64,000 nucleotides of DNA, taken from Epiperipatus broadwayi (taxonomy: Eukaryota > Animalia > Onychophora). The stretch covers positions 11,780,001 to 11,844,000 of the forward strand of contig JAQFVV010000005.1 of NCBI GenBank assembly GCA_028023455.1, read 5' to 3'. Positions 13,532-25,679 of the stretch are shown here, one piece after another. Numbering within the stretch: the first letter of the stretch is position 1; each line of letters opens with the position of its first letter. Both the position numbers and the translations under genes were made by a program. The notes beneath the pieces were generated by a model. It made no database searches and was not told the DNA's origin. It saw only the letters and a list, made by a program, of their open reading frames with translations.

Positions 13532-14449
13532 ATATTTATGGTTCATGGATTAGATTATATAATAATAGAAAAATTCAATTCTATTGTATTATATCCTACA
13601 TGATGTAATGGCTGATTCAAGAGCTAAACAACCATGGATTGCGGCTAGACTCTTGTCACTTCAGTGTTTGTAAATCATACAACTTTCCAAGTAATAAATA
13701 TTTGATTATTTTTGTCTTTGTACTGGAGAAAAAATGGCAAGACTCATTTAAGTGCTAATAATTATTTTATCAATCCATTAACATTTACTGTCAATCATTG
13801 TGAAATAATAGTACAATCAGTTATTACTATTTAGTATTCTTCTTGATTGAATATGCTTGTTTAGTATGGCTACTGCTGATAACATTTTCAAAGTCAATAT
13901 AGAAGTAAACTCACAATACCATATTGATTATCACTTACTACTCCTTTCTGAAGACTAACAGGAAAGTTTTTCTCCAAACAAGTAGTGAATAGAAAAGTGT
14001 TGTTAGGAAGTTTCAAAAGCATTTACATGTATTTTGTTACACTTAAGTCAGTTATCTAGTTAATCATATAAAATAATGAGATTGTGTGGGTAAATCAATG
14101 ATGAAAGCAATTTTATGATTTATAGTTATTCACTGGATATACCAACAAAATTCAAATTTTGGAATAATATTTGCAGAGTAAGATAAATAAATATACATTT
14201 GTTTTCACTTAAATTAAGGAATTTTTAAATAGAAATGTTTGGAAATGATTGCACAAATGTGTTTGTTGCTGATGATTAAACAATATTTTAAAATATTTTT
14301 TATATAGCAGTTAGGTAAATATATCACATGTAAAGTCCTTTTCAAAGGACAGCCATTTATCAATCAATACTAATACTAGCAAGATTTTTTATGTGCAGAC
14401 TACTTGAAAAACAAAATCTTAAGTCTGACTGGAACATGAATTTTATACA

Positions 14450-16350
14450 CACACTACAAGGCGCTTGCTCGTATAATAAGAATATTAAAACCCCAAATTA
14501 TTAAGCAAATATCACAAAAAGTAAAATGTTTATTTTTACATTATTTCTGAAGGTGAATTATTTTCATCACGAAATGAAAAAAAAAACCTCAGGCGTACTG
14601 AAATAGATTCCCGGTTATTTAAAAATGTAAGATTCAAAGATAAACAAAGAAATTTAATGTAAGAAGTGAAAATCAAGGTTTAGTTAAATTCGTAATATTT
14701 TAAAAAATTTGATTTACGTTCAAAACTTAGAATCCGATTTAATATGTAGATGTACATTTACCAGTTTGTACAAAGTACAATAATGTCTTTTTATTTCATG
14801 TTAAATAAAGAGAAAATGTTTCAATTAATAATTTCATTTACTTTTAATTTAGAACTAATTTTAAATAAAACGTTATTTTTTACTCTCATTTTAATGTATA
14901 AGTAATACTGCCTCCTATGATTTAAAATCTATAAAAGAAAAACATGTTTAATGTAAGTAAGAAAATCTTACCTAAATTCTGAATATTGTCTTTATATATA
15001 AATTACATTTTTTTTTATATAACTAATAAATTACATGATTCTTAAAGGTATTTTAGTTTATTGACGGGATAGGCATGAATTTGAAACGTAATTTCAAGAA
15101 CTTTTAAATGGCGGTAGTTATTTTACTTTATAAAAATTTACAGTATAATTTTTTTTAGTAAACTACAGATTTTTTTTAAGATTCCACTCCCTTTTTAAAT
15201 TTTGCCATAATAACGAAAAAATTCCAAGTGACATTTTTAATGGAAAAATTGCTTAATTGGGTAAACATTAACTTTGGGGGCCAAAGGAACACACTCTGGT
15301 GTAACAATTTCGAACTATCTGTATACTGAGTTTCTTCTTGTAAACTCTTATTTAGTTTAACGAGAAACTAACTCTTAACTGAAAACATTAGATGTCTTAC
15401 AAACAGAAGTGAATTGCTCCCGGGTTCTATAATTTCCTAAAGAAATACTTTTTTTTTTTTAAAAAAGGAATTTATTCCTCTGAAAAACATGACTTTTGAA
15501 ATGAAATTTTTATTTCAATGTAAATATTTTGGTCTTTGTATTCATTTTAATTAATGAATATAATAACCCTAATACACTGTATGCATAACATAGTGATATA
15601 TATATTATCATTTTTATTTTATAAGACAGATTATTTGAACTCCACAAAAATAAAAAAGTAGCTTATTTCGTAACTATTTACAAAGTAATTAATTTATTTG
15701 CTGTCAAGCGTTGTTAGCCGAGAGGTCATCGCACCCGCCTTGCAAGCAAGTAGTTGGTTGCAGAAGAGTGTGGGTTCGGCCGATGCTATGACATATGAAA
15801 AAAAAAAAAAATTATTTGCTATTAAATATGTTTATAATTAGTTCGAAGTTCCTCCACCAACTGCCATAAACTCTAAGATTCAGTGCGAATAACCGGAAGA
15901 TCTAAAATTTTATTTACTGGTACAATAATTGTAACCCGATTTGTGCCTGCCATGGATTTCTAATACCAGATAGTGTTAGTCCATAGTTACATTTATTGGC
16001 GCCATATTTGCGGCCATAGATAGTTCAAAATGTTTACATCAAAGTGTGTTCCTTCGGCCTGCCAAAGGTAATGTTTATCGCTTTCATCATATTACAATTA
16101 GAATTATATGTAAAATGCTATCGAATCTTCTCAGAAAAAAAAAAATATTATCAAATGATATTCCCACAGCTTATTTAGGTTGCTGATATCTCAAGCCTTG
16201 AAGATAGTTCATAATCCGTTTATTTCGGAACTTTTTTCAATAGGACATTTGTTATATGCACTTTATTGGAACTTCATAGTTGTAACAATTTTTGTTATTG
16301 TCTCATTAAACCGAATTGTATACATAAAATTATATGCAAGAGTCTCACTT
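14450..16350. promoter_or_regulatory. CpG-retaining segment, candidate promoter or first-exon region
   Basis: Visibly more CG dinucleotides than the flanks. YY1-like AAATGGCGG (~15107) and CAAATATGGCGCC (15998-16010, minus strand), ETS-like CCGGAAG, and a minus-strand donor-like AG|GTAAGA near 14968. Link to ZNF paralog 1 is inference. Confidence 0.3.
15703..15811 (+). mobile_element. Short tRNA-derived SINE (family F) with poly(A) tail
   Basis: A-box-like TAGCCGAGAGGTC, B-box-like GGTTCGGCC, ends ATGCTATGACATATG(A)n. TSD TTATTTGCT at 15694-15702 and 15812-15820. Homologous to 28493-28601. Confidence 0.7.
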
Positions 16351-16426
16351 GTATTTTGTTCATAATCTTGATTTTAGATTATTTATTCTACTCTTTCAAG
16401 TTATGCATAGAAGTAAGAAAGTATTA

Positions 16427-17055
16427 GACCATTAATCATCGCATGATCATTCTTTATGCTTGCACAAGCTGTGTACACAGAGGCAAAACTCTCCATACAG
16501 TAACACCACTCAGTGCAAGCCAGAGTAATCAATGGATGCAGTAAGGTTTGTGCATAAAATCCCTTTCTAGTATCTACTCATCAATATCCCCACACTAGTT
16601 TCTAGCTTTCATGAGTGAGGTACCTTGGATCTGAGAGCACTGCACCTAGATCTTAGGATTAGCTAACTATAAAGCTTTGAGTTCAAAATGAAAACAATGT
16701 TTTTAATTCAAGCTCATTAGCTTGTATAGTTGTATAGATCTGAAATCAGTTCAGCATCCATATTTTTGGTGTCTTTAGTTGTTTATTAACCACAGTTACC
16801 ATAATCCTATTGGTCAGGATTGGTATTAAATCTCTAAACATCACATGATTATCATTTTTTATGTGTACACAAACTATTTCCACAAAGACAAAACTCTCCA
16901 TACAATAGTGCCACTCAGTGCAATCCAGAGTAATCAATGAATGCAGAAAGATTTGGGTACAAAATCATTAGTGCATACTCATCCAATATCTCCAGACTAG
17001 TTTCTAGCTTGTGGCTTGCACTGAGTGGGCTATTGTATGGAGAGTTTTGCCTTTG
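16427..17055. mobile_element. Family B copy 3 (partial dimer plus short terminal inversion)
   Basis: The unit restarts near 16835, and ~43 bp are inverted at 17013-17055. TSD AGAAAGTAT(T/C)A at 16416-16426 and 17056-17066. One hammerhead is mutated (CUCAUGA, GUG) and the other is truncated. Confidence 0.8.
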
Positions 17056-17349
17056 AGAAAGTATCAAGGTTATTATTGCACATTCTATAGGCTTTTGAAA
17101 ATTTTTGCATTCAGAAGCACCTATATCGATATATATTTTATCTCAAAACTTCTCATTGTCAATGTTATCTGTCCAAGTATTAAATTCTTTGAAATCGAGA
17201 CAGTAGAAGCTATAGCAGCATCTTACTTAAAGTCTTTTCTTAATTCATTCAAATATATTTTTTCACAGACTAACTTTTTTCATAGTGAGAAATAATATTC
17301 TTTAAATATTCAAAATTTGTAGACAGTTTTTGATGCGATTGTGTCAACG

Positions 17350-18250
17350 GATATAACAAGCTGTTCATGTCACTTCTTCATGCATAATTCTTTATTATCT
17401 GTCAGTTTGCTAAGGCTCATTAAATTTTCAATAGTTGATTTCAGATCTGCAGGCTAAAGATTGCTATGGTCTAGAAACTCTTGTAGGTGAGTTGGAAGGA
17501 TTAATTTACTTCCATATGATTTCACAGGCAATATTTGATTTATTCAATAATTTTGATTTATCAGCATCATTAAGTCTCAATGTATTTATTTATGCACTCC
17601 ATGTCAAGTATGTTCTATGAACAGTAATATGTTTCAGACAACACATTTTTGAAAATTTTGAAATTCCAAAGAGTGATTTTACTTGTAATTACTGAGCAAT
17701 AGTTCTTCCCACAGCAGTTCTATGGACCATCATCTTGTTTTGTAGTTTATTGGAATTTTTAGAGGCATCTTGTTTTCATTTATTGCCTGATAGAGAATTC
17801 TGTAAGTGTTATTGATGAATAAGAAAACATGTGCCTCAGATGTTATAAATTCTAAATTTTTTGACAAGTATTCCAAGGAGCATGAGACACAACTATTTTC
17901 AGTTTTTAATTCACTTCATTATTGACTCTCCTACAATCATACTTGCATTGTCTATATTCATGATAATAAGATTTTCTATTTTCTTTTCTAAGTAGTTTGA
18001 ATTTTACAGTCTTGATATGTTCTGGATCTTACTTTTCTATTTCTTCTAAATTTAAATGTGTAGACACTGCCTTCATATTTCTAGTACTCATATAATTACA
18101 ATTTCCAGTATTTTGTTTGCAATGATATCCATTAGATTGAATAATAGACTGAATTTACTATCTCCATTTCACAAATTAAATCCTCAAAATGGTTACTGAT
18201 AAGTTTTGATAATTTCTACATGCTTAATATAATGCATTTTAATTGTGCAG
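17350..18250 (-). mobile_element. Degenerate hAT transposase fossil
   Basis: Minus-strand remnants DNASMIVG (TDxASVMxG catalytic region) and YQAINENKMPLKIP..TRWWSIE (TRWLS motif), with stops and frameshifts. Confidence 0.55.
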
Positions 18251-20359
18251 ATGTGTCACTGTAAGATCAACTAAATAGTTATATTTATATCTGGGGAATT
18301 CTAACTATAAATGTTGAAATATTACCTTCTATTTCATTCTTGATACTTTACATTTTGGCATTAATTGAAAGTAATGTGTTATGGCACTGTTTTCAGAAAT
18401 ATTTCATTGATATATATATATATTTCATGTGTATAATTTTTTTTTTCACAAAATATAAATTTATTTAGAAATAATACAGAAATATTCTTCAATTATAAGT
18501 TGAGCAAACTGTTTTTCAGCTTTTCTGATTAAAAAAAATTATAATTATGTATGAAAAGTAATGAAATCTATAAAAAAAAAATAGCTACATGAATTTATAT
18601 AGATAATATTCAAAATAATTGATAACAAAATAGTAACAAAATTAAATTAATAATAATATATCAGTTTCTTTTAAAATTAATTTTTCAAGTATACTTTAAA
18701 ATTAGAAATAGGTAAAGTGATATAGTCATATCCCAAAAAAATGCTGTTAACTTGAATAAATGAATCGCTAAAATATACTCTGTCTTTGGTTATGAGATTT
18801 ATGCAAATTTGGCACCTTCAGTTATGCATAGTGAGAAAAATACAGTTATTATTAAAGATAAAATACTCCCAAAATGCCAAGCTCAACTAATAAGATAAAA
18901 GCAGCTCTCCATTTTACTGCCATCTATCATAAGCTAGAGCAGAGGTTGGAAAACTGCCACATGTGGCTTTTTGATTCCAATCTCATGGCAACTTTTATCA
19001 TAATAAACATAAATACATTTTTTATTTCTTCTTGTAATTTGTAAATAAATATTTTGATCACTCTAGGAGAGGAAAAATACACATTACAATATTATTTTTG
19101 AATTCAGCATTATTATAGAATAGTAATTGTTGTATATGATGAACATTTAAATATTAGAAATTTGTGAATAATCCAAATTGTGAAAATAGTTTTTTGTTTT
19201 TATTTATTCATTTTTAAGAGAATTTTTAATTTTGTTAGGGTGTATATAGATTCTACTATGTTCTATTACTAAAATAAATGTTCAAATGTATCCATAATCA
19301 TTTAGAAATTATTAAACATATTTTTCACTTCTTTACTTGCAGTTATTTAATGAGAGGGAGGGGGCATTTAAACAAAATAGCTTTTCATGTTAAAAAAGTT
19401 TATTAAACCCTAAGCTAGGGTTATGAGTAATTATCAGATGCATATATTGTTTTCTCCTTAATATTTGAACTCCCATCCTCAGATTTTTATCTTTATCAAC
19501 AAGGTCTTGAATTCAAATTTGAAAGTAATTACATCAGAGTATTTTGCATGAATGTCACATTTATGTATTCTGCAATGAGTTGTATTGAGATTTTTTTCAT
19601 TTATACCGAACAATTTTTGAATGATTTGTTTTTAAACTATTCATTTATAAACTTCCAATTGCATTGCTTTTACTTCAGTATTATCAAAAGCTAAGACAAA
19701 AATGATTTACTATATTGTATTTGAAAAATATTCGCAGATATAGTTTTAATTGAATTCTCAAGAATATTCTATGTTGCATATGAAATTGCATGCTGACTCA
19801 ACTGAAAAAAAAACAAGTTTTAACACATTATGTTGTTCTGCAGTAACAATGAGATGCAATCTCTCCATTGTGTTAATTTTATTAATAAATAAATACAGTT
19901 TGTAAAAAATATGAATACATGTTTTATTTATGAATATAATAAAGTAAAAAAAATATGGATTGTATTTTGTCATCATATGCCAAATATATAAAATTAATAT
20001 ATCAATATTTAAATAAATCCACTATAAATTTATCTGAAAAAAAAAATCAAATATTAGCCAGATTTTTAGCTATCTGCTTCATGGAAAGTTTATTGCTAGA
20101 TCCACCAGCAATTTAGTCAGAAAAATAAGTAAAATAGGAATTGTAATTATCTTTAGAAAAATCTAGTAATCTAAATATGTCCATTACTGAAATATGGAAG
20201 AAAGTGCTAGTTTTAATTCATCTAGCTGACACCAAAAATTTTTTGGAAAAAAAAGTAAGATTGATACTCATCATAGCTTAGTTACTAAGCAACAAATTTC
20301 AGTAAACAATAATCCTCAAAACAAACATATGCAAACTACGAATATTATATTGGAGGTAA

Positions 20360-21480
20360 ACACTGGTTCTCAGAGAGGGAAAAGTACAAGAAATGCTATT
20401 GGTGTAGTTAGAATAATTGAAGAGAAATATTCTGAAAATGATAAAGAAATTGGTATATGTTTTGTGGATTTGGGAAAAGCATTTTATAGAGTTATCTAGG
20501 TTAAACTTATAATCACCTTAAAAAATAAAGGAATATTTTGAAATGAGAGAAGTTTGATTTGGAATATGTATATTGGGCAAAGAATAAAACTCAGACTGGA
20601 AAATAATGAGACTGATAAAGTGAATATAGAAAAAAGAGTTAGACAAGGATGTTCTATGTCACTTATGCTTTTTAATATCTATTTAGATTATGTTAGATAA
20701 ATATTTGGAATGTGGAGGAGCTAATATTGAAGGCATAGTAATAAAATGTATAAGATTTGAAGATAACATAGCTCTTATAGCTGAGGATGAAAGGAGTTTT
20801 CAGTGTATGTTGAATACTAGAGGAATGATGTATGGAATACAGAATGAAGATTAATATTTAGAAGTCTTTCTGGATAGGGATGAATACAAAAATGATTGGA
20901 AGTTGAAATTCATGACAATATAGTTCAACAGGTGAGTGGATTTAGATATATGGGTTGTTGGTTGAATGAGGATGGAAGAAGCAAGAACAAAGTTAAAAGA
21001 ATAGCATTGGCAAAGGATACATTATTAAGAGAAAAAATATTTTGTGTACTTTTTAAGATAAAGACTAATTAAATGCTATGTATGAAGTCAATTGTTGTAT
21101 GGTTGTGAAACATAAGCATTGAGTAAAGAAATATAGGAACAGCTTGAAAGACTTTGAGATATGGTCACAGAGAAGGATGGAAAAAATTAGTTGGATCAAT
21201 AAAATGATGAAGAAATTTTGTAAAGAGTAAAGGAAAGAAAGAAGATTGATTGAGTTAATTAGAGATAGAAAGAGAAACTGGATTGGGCATATATTAAGAA
21301 GAAATAATAATTTAATAAAAAATGTTTTGAAGGGAATTGAGAATGGAAACAAGAAGAAAGAATGGAAAAGATTGACCTTGGTGGATGATACAAGAGATGC
21401 AGAATGAAGAGATGGATAGGAGAAATTAATAAATGTTTCTGTTCTCTGGGCCTCTGTATATGTCAGAATATTATTGATAA
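20360..21480 (+). mobile_element. Degenerate non-LTR retrotransposon (RTE-like) RT and 3' region
   Basis: GKSTRNAIGVVRII, ICFVDLGKAF, VRQGCSMSLMLFNIYL, CIRFEDNIALIAED and RKRNWIGHILRRN; heavily interrupted. Confidence 0.75.
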
Positions 21481-21522
21481 TGCAAACTGCTTTGAGAAAT
21501 AATATAAACAATGAAATGATTA

Positions 21523-21762
21523 GTGTTTTCCTGAAGGTTTGTGATGATGGTTTTTAGTTGTATTTTTATATTGGATTATTTCCATCTAATATGAATGTCT
21601 TTAGAAAAATTTAACTTTATTTAAACATTCCAAATACATTCAACTGTTAGATGTGCTATTACTAACAGTTGAATGTATTTGAAATATTTAAATAATTTTT
21701 TCTAAAAACATTCAATATTCATATTAAGTGATGGAAATAAAATAGTCCAATATAAAAATACA
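21523..21762. mobile_element. Family E tails inserted as an inverted pair
   Basis: Hairpin with ~90-bp arms (ATTGGATTATTTCCATC..CATTCAACTGTTAG / CTAACAGTTGAATG..GATGGAAATAAAATAGTCCAAT). 13-bp TSD AATGAAATGATTA at 21510-21522 and 21763-21775. Confidence 0.75.
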
Positions 21763-22639
21763 AATGAAATGATTAAAGTAATTTTAATGAAATGTTTTTT
21801 TTAATGACAACATACACAGTAATTCAGACAGAAATATTTGTAATCAAGTTAATTCTGTGCAAAAGAAATGAGCAAACTATTGTAACAAATTAAAAGATAT
21901 TAACATTAATTTCAATGAAACAATTTTTAATATTAGATTGCTTTTTTTTTTTTGAAAAATTTTCTACTAAAACTTTATCTTGGCAGTGATTGTTCTTTAC
22001 ATCTATAAATAAATTTCATTAGATTGGTTTTCAGTTTTTAATAGATAATAATATATACAAGTGATATACAAGCAATAGACATCCAGTACTTTAAATTTTA
22101 TATTTGAAATCAAAAAGAAAAGTTTATGAATTCTTTTTGAATAATAGGAAATAAAAGTTCTATGTACTGTCATTCCTAGTAGTCCAAAAACTTTAACAAA
22201 ACAAGTTAAAAACTTTTATGAAGATTTTTGTATATCAGATCTTTAGAGCTTGATGAAACAATATGCCAACGTTTTACTCTTCCAGTATTTATATGAGCTA
22301 TGATATCAATACCTATTGACTATATAATATTTCATATAACAGAGTGAAAGAAGTTTAATGCATATACTAATACTATATATCTGAAAACAATTCAACATAT
22401 AGATATTTCAATATTGTTTGGTATTGAGATGTTTTTCTTAAAATTATTTTTCAAATTCATTTTACAACTTGTTACAATATTTTCTGATAGTTTCAATTGA
22501 TTTGCAGTCTGTCATTAGAAAAAGAATAAGATACTAAAAATATAATTTTCTTCTTCCTTTCCTTATGTATTGATTTCTACTTTTACATATAATACCATTT
22601 ACAACTTCCTCAAATACTTTAACAATACAATTTTTTATA

Positions 22640-22860
22640 TGGAAACTTTATTCTAACAGTTTCGACTGGCTTGCAGTCATCATCAGAGCTACAATATTCA
22701 AATATATAGTTTACAAATTTAATACATTGTATACACATTCATATACATAATTAAAATACACAAATAAAAACATACATTTTAACCTGACCATTATAAACAA
22801 TAATAATTTCTCATTTATTACTTTACTCTTAATTAATTCTATCCACATTTTTTTACATCA
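22640..22860 (-). mobile_element. Family D terminus with hammerhead-like core (22655-22686)
   Basis: Minus strand CTGATGATGACTGCAAGCCAGTCGAAACTGTT: 5-bp helix II GACUG/CAGUC, weak helix I. Homologous to 34881-34912. Confidence 0.65.
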
Positions 22861-23683
22861 AATATTTTTTTTTAGTTTTAGATGCAAAAAATCTCATCAT
22901 GATTTGAAATTCAGTTAAAGTTTCTAATCAAGTATATATTTGTTTAGTACTTGATAGATTGCATCTAGGCATAGTCAACTTGATTCTGAAGGTCCTGATT
23001 CTTGTCTAGACATTAAATAAGTTGACCAATCCTTATAATTTCTGTAATAAAAGCAAATAGTTGTATACACATAATAGTATTAATAAAATGAAAATAAATA
23101 TAAATCATTATTATTTTTTTGCATATAAATAAAACTGAAAAAGGTTAAACATTAATAATTTTTTTTATATACAAAAATGCTTCTTTGAATAATGCTTCAT
23201 TTCTTCTCAGTGTAACTTATATATTATCATGAATGTTTACGTTATACTTATTCAACATCTTGATTTTTTTTTTTTACATAACTCCTCCCCCCCCTTACTT
23301 TCTCCCTTTTTTCTTATACAGTACTGTAATTATTATATACATTAAACAGCAATGTAACAAAAAATATTATTATACATTTATAACCATACAAATTAAAAGT
23401 AAATTTTTTTATATTTATAGTTTACATTATTATTTATATCTATTATAATTTTTTGCAAAAATTGTGTTTTTATAGTTGCACACACACATGATATATATAT
23501 ATTACTAATTATAATGCAGTCATGTATGCACACATCTCCATAAGTAATATCACTATACATATATATAGAACATTATGTAATATAGGGTATATGAACACAG
23601 ACTTTCACATGACCCACCACTCTCCACTCTATCTAATAACACTGATACACTCAAGCACATATATGCTGAAAAGATAAATAATC

Positions 23684-23727
23684 ACCAATGTATGTATTTC
23701 ATGCTAAACCAGCAATCATCAGTTGGT
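23684..23727 (-). ncRNA. Family A hammerhead, unit 1 (U16.1 changed to C, probably inactive)
   Basis: ACCAA CUGAUGA U UGCU GGUUU AGCA U GAAA UACAUACA UUGGU; the conserved U before the cleavage nucleotide is C. Confidence 0.7.
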
Positions 23728-24156
23728 CCAGATTATCATCTCCCACACATATATACTATAAGTGCTCAGATATATATTAAGATAGACAATCTTCATACTT
23801 TAATGGACTGGCTCCAATCTACTGCACACTCCAACTCTTCAACCATCCATCCAATTGAAAATCCGATGATGGAATGCTCGAAGGCCACCCTAAGGCCGAG
23901 ATTCTTGTCACACCCATGTTGACCCAAGGTCAATCTGAACCCCACATGTACAGGACATAATCCATTAAATACATATGCAAGGATGGGCAGAGATCTCTAC
24001 AATGTAATAACTGATACACAGGCTTAATATATACCATGTGTTTATATATGTAATATAGGGTATATGAGCACAGACTTTCACATGACCCACCACTCTCCAC
24101 TCTCTCTAATAACACTGATACACTCAAGCACATATATGCTGAAAAGATAAATAATC

Positions 24157-24200
24157 ACCAATATATATATTTCATGCTAAACCAGCAATCATCAGTTGGT
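24157..24200 (-). ncRNA. Family A hammerhead, unit 2 (intact core)
   Basis: ACCAA CUGAUGA U UGCU GGUUU AGCA U GAAA UAUAUAU A|UUGGU; palindromic helix III AUAUAUAU, AUA triplet. Confidence 0.8.
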
Positions 24201-25062
24201 CCAGATTATCATCTCCCACACATATATACTATAAGTGCTCAGATATATATTAAGATAGACAATCTTCATACTTTAATGGACTGGCTCCAATCTACTACAC
24301 ACTCCAACTCTTCAACTGTCCATCCAATTGAAAATCCGATGATGGAATGCTTGAAGGCCACCCTAAGGCCGAGATTCTTGTCACACCCATGTTGACCCAA
24401 GGTCAATCTGAACCCCACATGTATACATATGCAAGGATGGGCAGACATCTCTACAATGTAATAACTGATACACAGGCTTAATATATACCGTGTGTTTATA
24501 TATGTAATATAGGGTATATAAGCACAGACTTTCACATGACCCACCACTCTCCAATCTATCTAATAACACTGATACACTCAAGCACATATATGCTGAAAAG
24601 ATAAATAATCACCAATATATGTATTTCATGCTAAACCAGCATCATCTCCCACACATATATACTATAAGTGCTCAGATATATATTAAGATAGACAATCTTC
24701 CTACATTAATGGACTAGCTCCAATCCACTACACACTCCAACTCTTCAACCATCCATCCAATTAAAAATCCGATGATGGAATGCTCGAAGGCCACCCTAAG
24801 CCCGAGATTCTTGTCACACCCATGTTGACCCAAGATCAATCTGAACCCTACATGTACAGGACATAATCCATTAAATACATATGCAAGGATGGGCAGACAT
24901 CTCTACAATGTAATAACTGATACACAGGCTTAATATATACCATGTGTTTATATATGTAATATAGGGTATATGAGCACAGACTTTCACATGACCCACCACT
25001 CTCCACTCTATCTAATAACACTGATACACTCAAGCACATATATGCTGAAAAGATAAATAATC

Positions 25063-25106
25063 ACCAATATACGTATTTCATGCTAAACCAGCAATCATCA
25101 GTTGGT
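25063..25106 (-). ncRNA. Family A hammerhead, unit 4 (intact)
   Basis: Helix I ACCAA/UUGGU, core CUGAUGA, helix II UGCU/AGCA, GAAA, palindromic helix III AUACGUAU, AUA triplet. Confidence 0.85.
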
Positions 25107-25477
25107 CCAGATTATCATCTCCCACAGACAATCTTCATACTTTAATGGACTGGCTCCAATCTACTACACACTCCAACTTTTCAACCGTCCATCCAATTGA
25201 AAATCCGATGATGGAATGCTCGAAGCCCACACTAAGGCCAAGATTCTTGTCACACCCATGTTAACCCAAGGTCAATCTGAACCCCACATGTACAGGACAA
25301 GAATCTCGGCCTTAGGGTGGCCTTCGAGCATTCCATCATCGGATTTTCAATTGGATGGACGGTTGAAGAGTTGGAGTGTGTAATAGATTGGAGCCAGTCC
25401 ATTAAAGTATGAAGATTGTCTATCTTAATATATATCTGAGCACTTATAGTATATATGTGTGGGAGATGATAATCTGG

Positions 25478-25521
25478 ACCAACTGATGATTGCTGGTTTA
25501 GCATGAAATACGTATATTGGT
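25478..25521 (+). ncRNA. Family A hammerhead in the inverted monomer (intact)
   Basis: ACCAA(25478-82) CTGATGA(25483-89) T TGCT GGTTT AGCA T GAAA(25505-08) TACGTAT A|TTGGT; predicted cleavage after 25516. Helix I extends past a UGG bulge into AUAAUC/GAUUAU. Confidence 0.85.
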
Positions 25522-25679
25522 GATTATTTATCTTTTCAGCATATATATGCTTGAGTGTATCAGTGTTATTAGATAGAGTGGAGAGTGGTGGGTCATGTGA
25601 AAGTCTGTGCTCATATACCCTATATTACATATATAAACACATGGTATATATTAAGCCTGTGTATCAGTTATAGAACATT

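Larger units (their letters stand above)
23575..25669 (-). mobile_element. Family A tandem hammerhead array (retrozyme-like): ~3.7 monomers plus ~0.8 inverted monomer
   Basis: Ribozyme-to-ribozyme spacing is 473, 454 and 452 bp. Inversion junction at GACA 25296-25299. Flanked by ATAGAACATT at 23565-23574 and 25670-25679. Confidence 0.9.

Noticed and set aside
15703-15811. Genuine tRNA genes at 382, 15703, 28493 and 58010
   Set aside because: No full cloverleaf or anticodon arm could be folded; the tails, poly(A) and TSDs indicate SINEs.
21065-21511. 148-aa hydrophobic minus-strand ORF
   Set aside because: Antisense reading of the purine-rich LINE remnant.
23692-25504. Repeated 63-93 aa ORFs on both strands of the tandem array
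   Set aside because: They recur only because the unit repeats, are broken differently by unit deletions, and have no recognisable domain.
23575-25669. CRISPR-like or simple centromeric satellite interpretation
   Set aside because: There is no repeat-spacer alternation, the context is eukaryotic, and the TSDs, inversion and per-unit hammerhead fit a retroposed RNA better.
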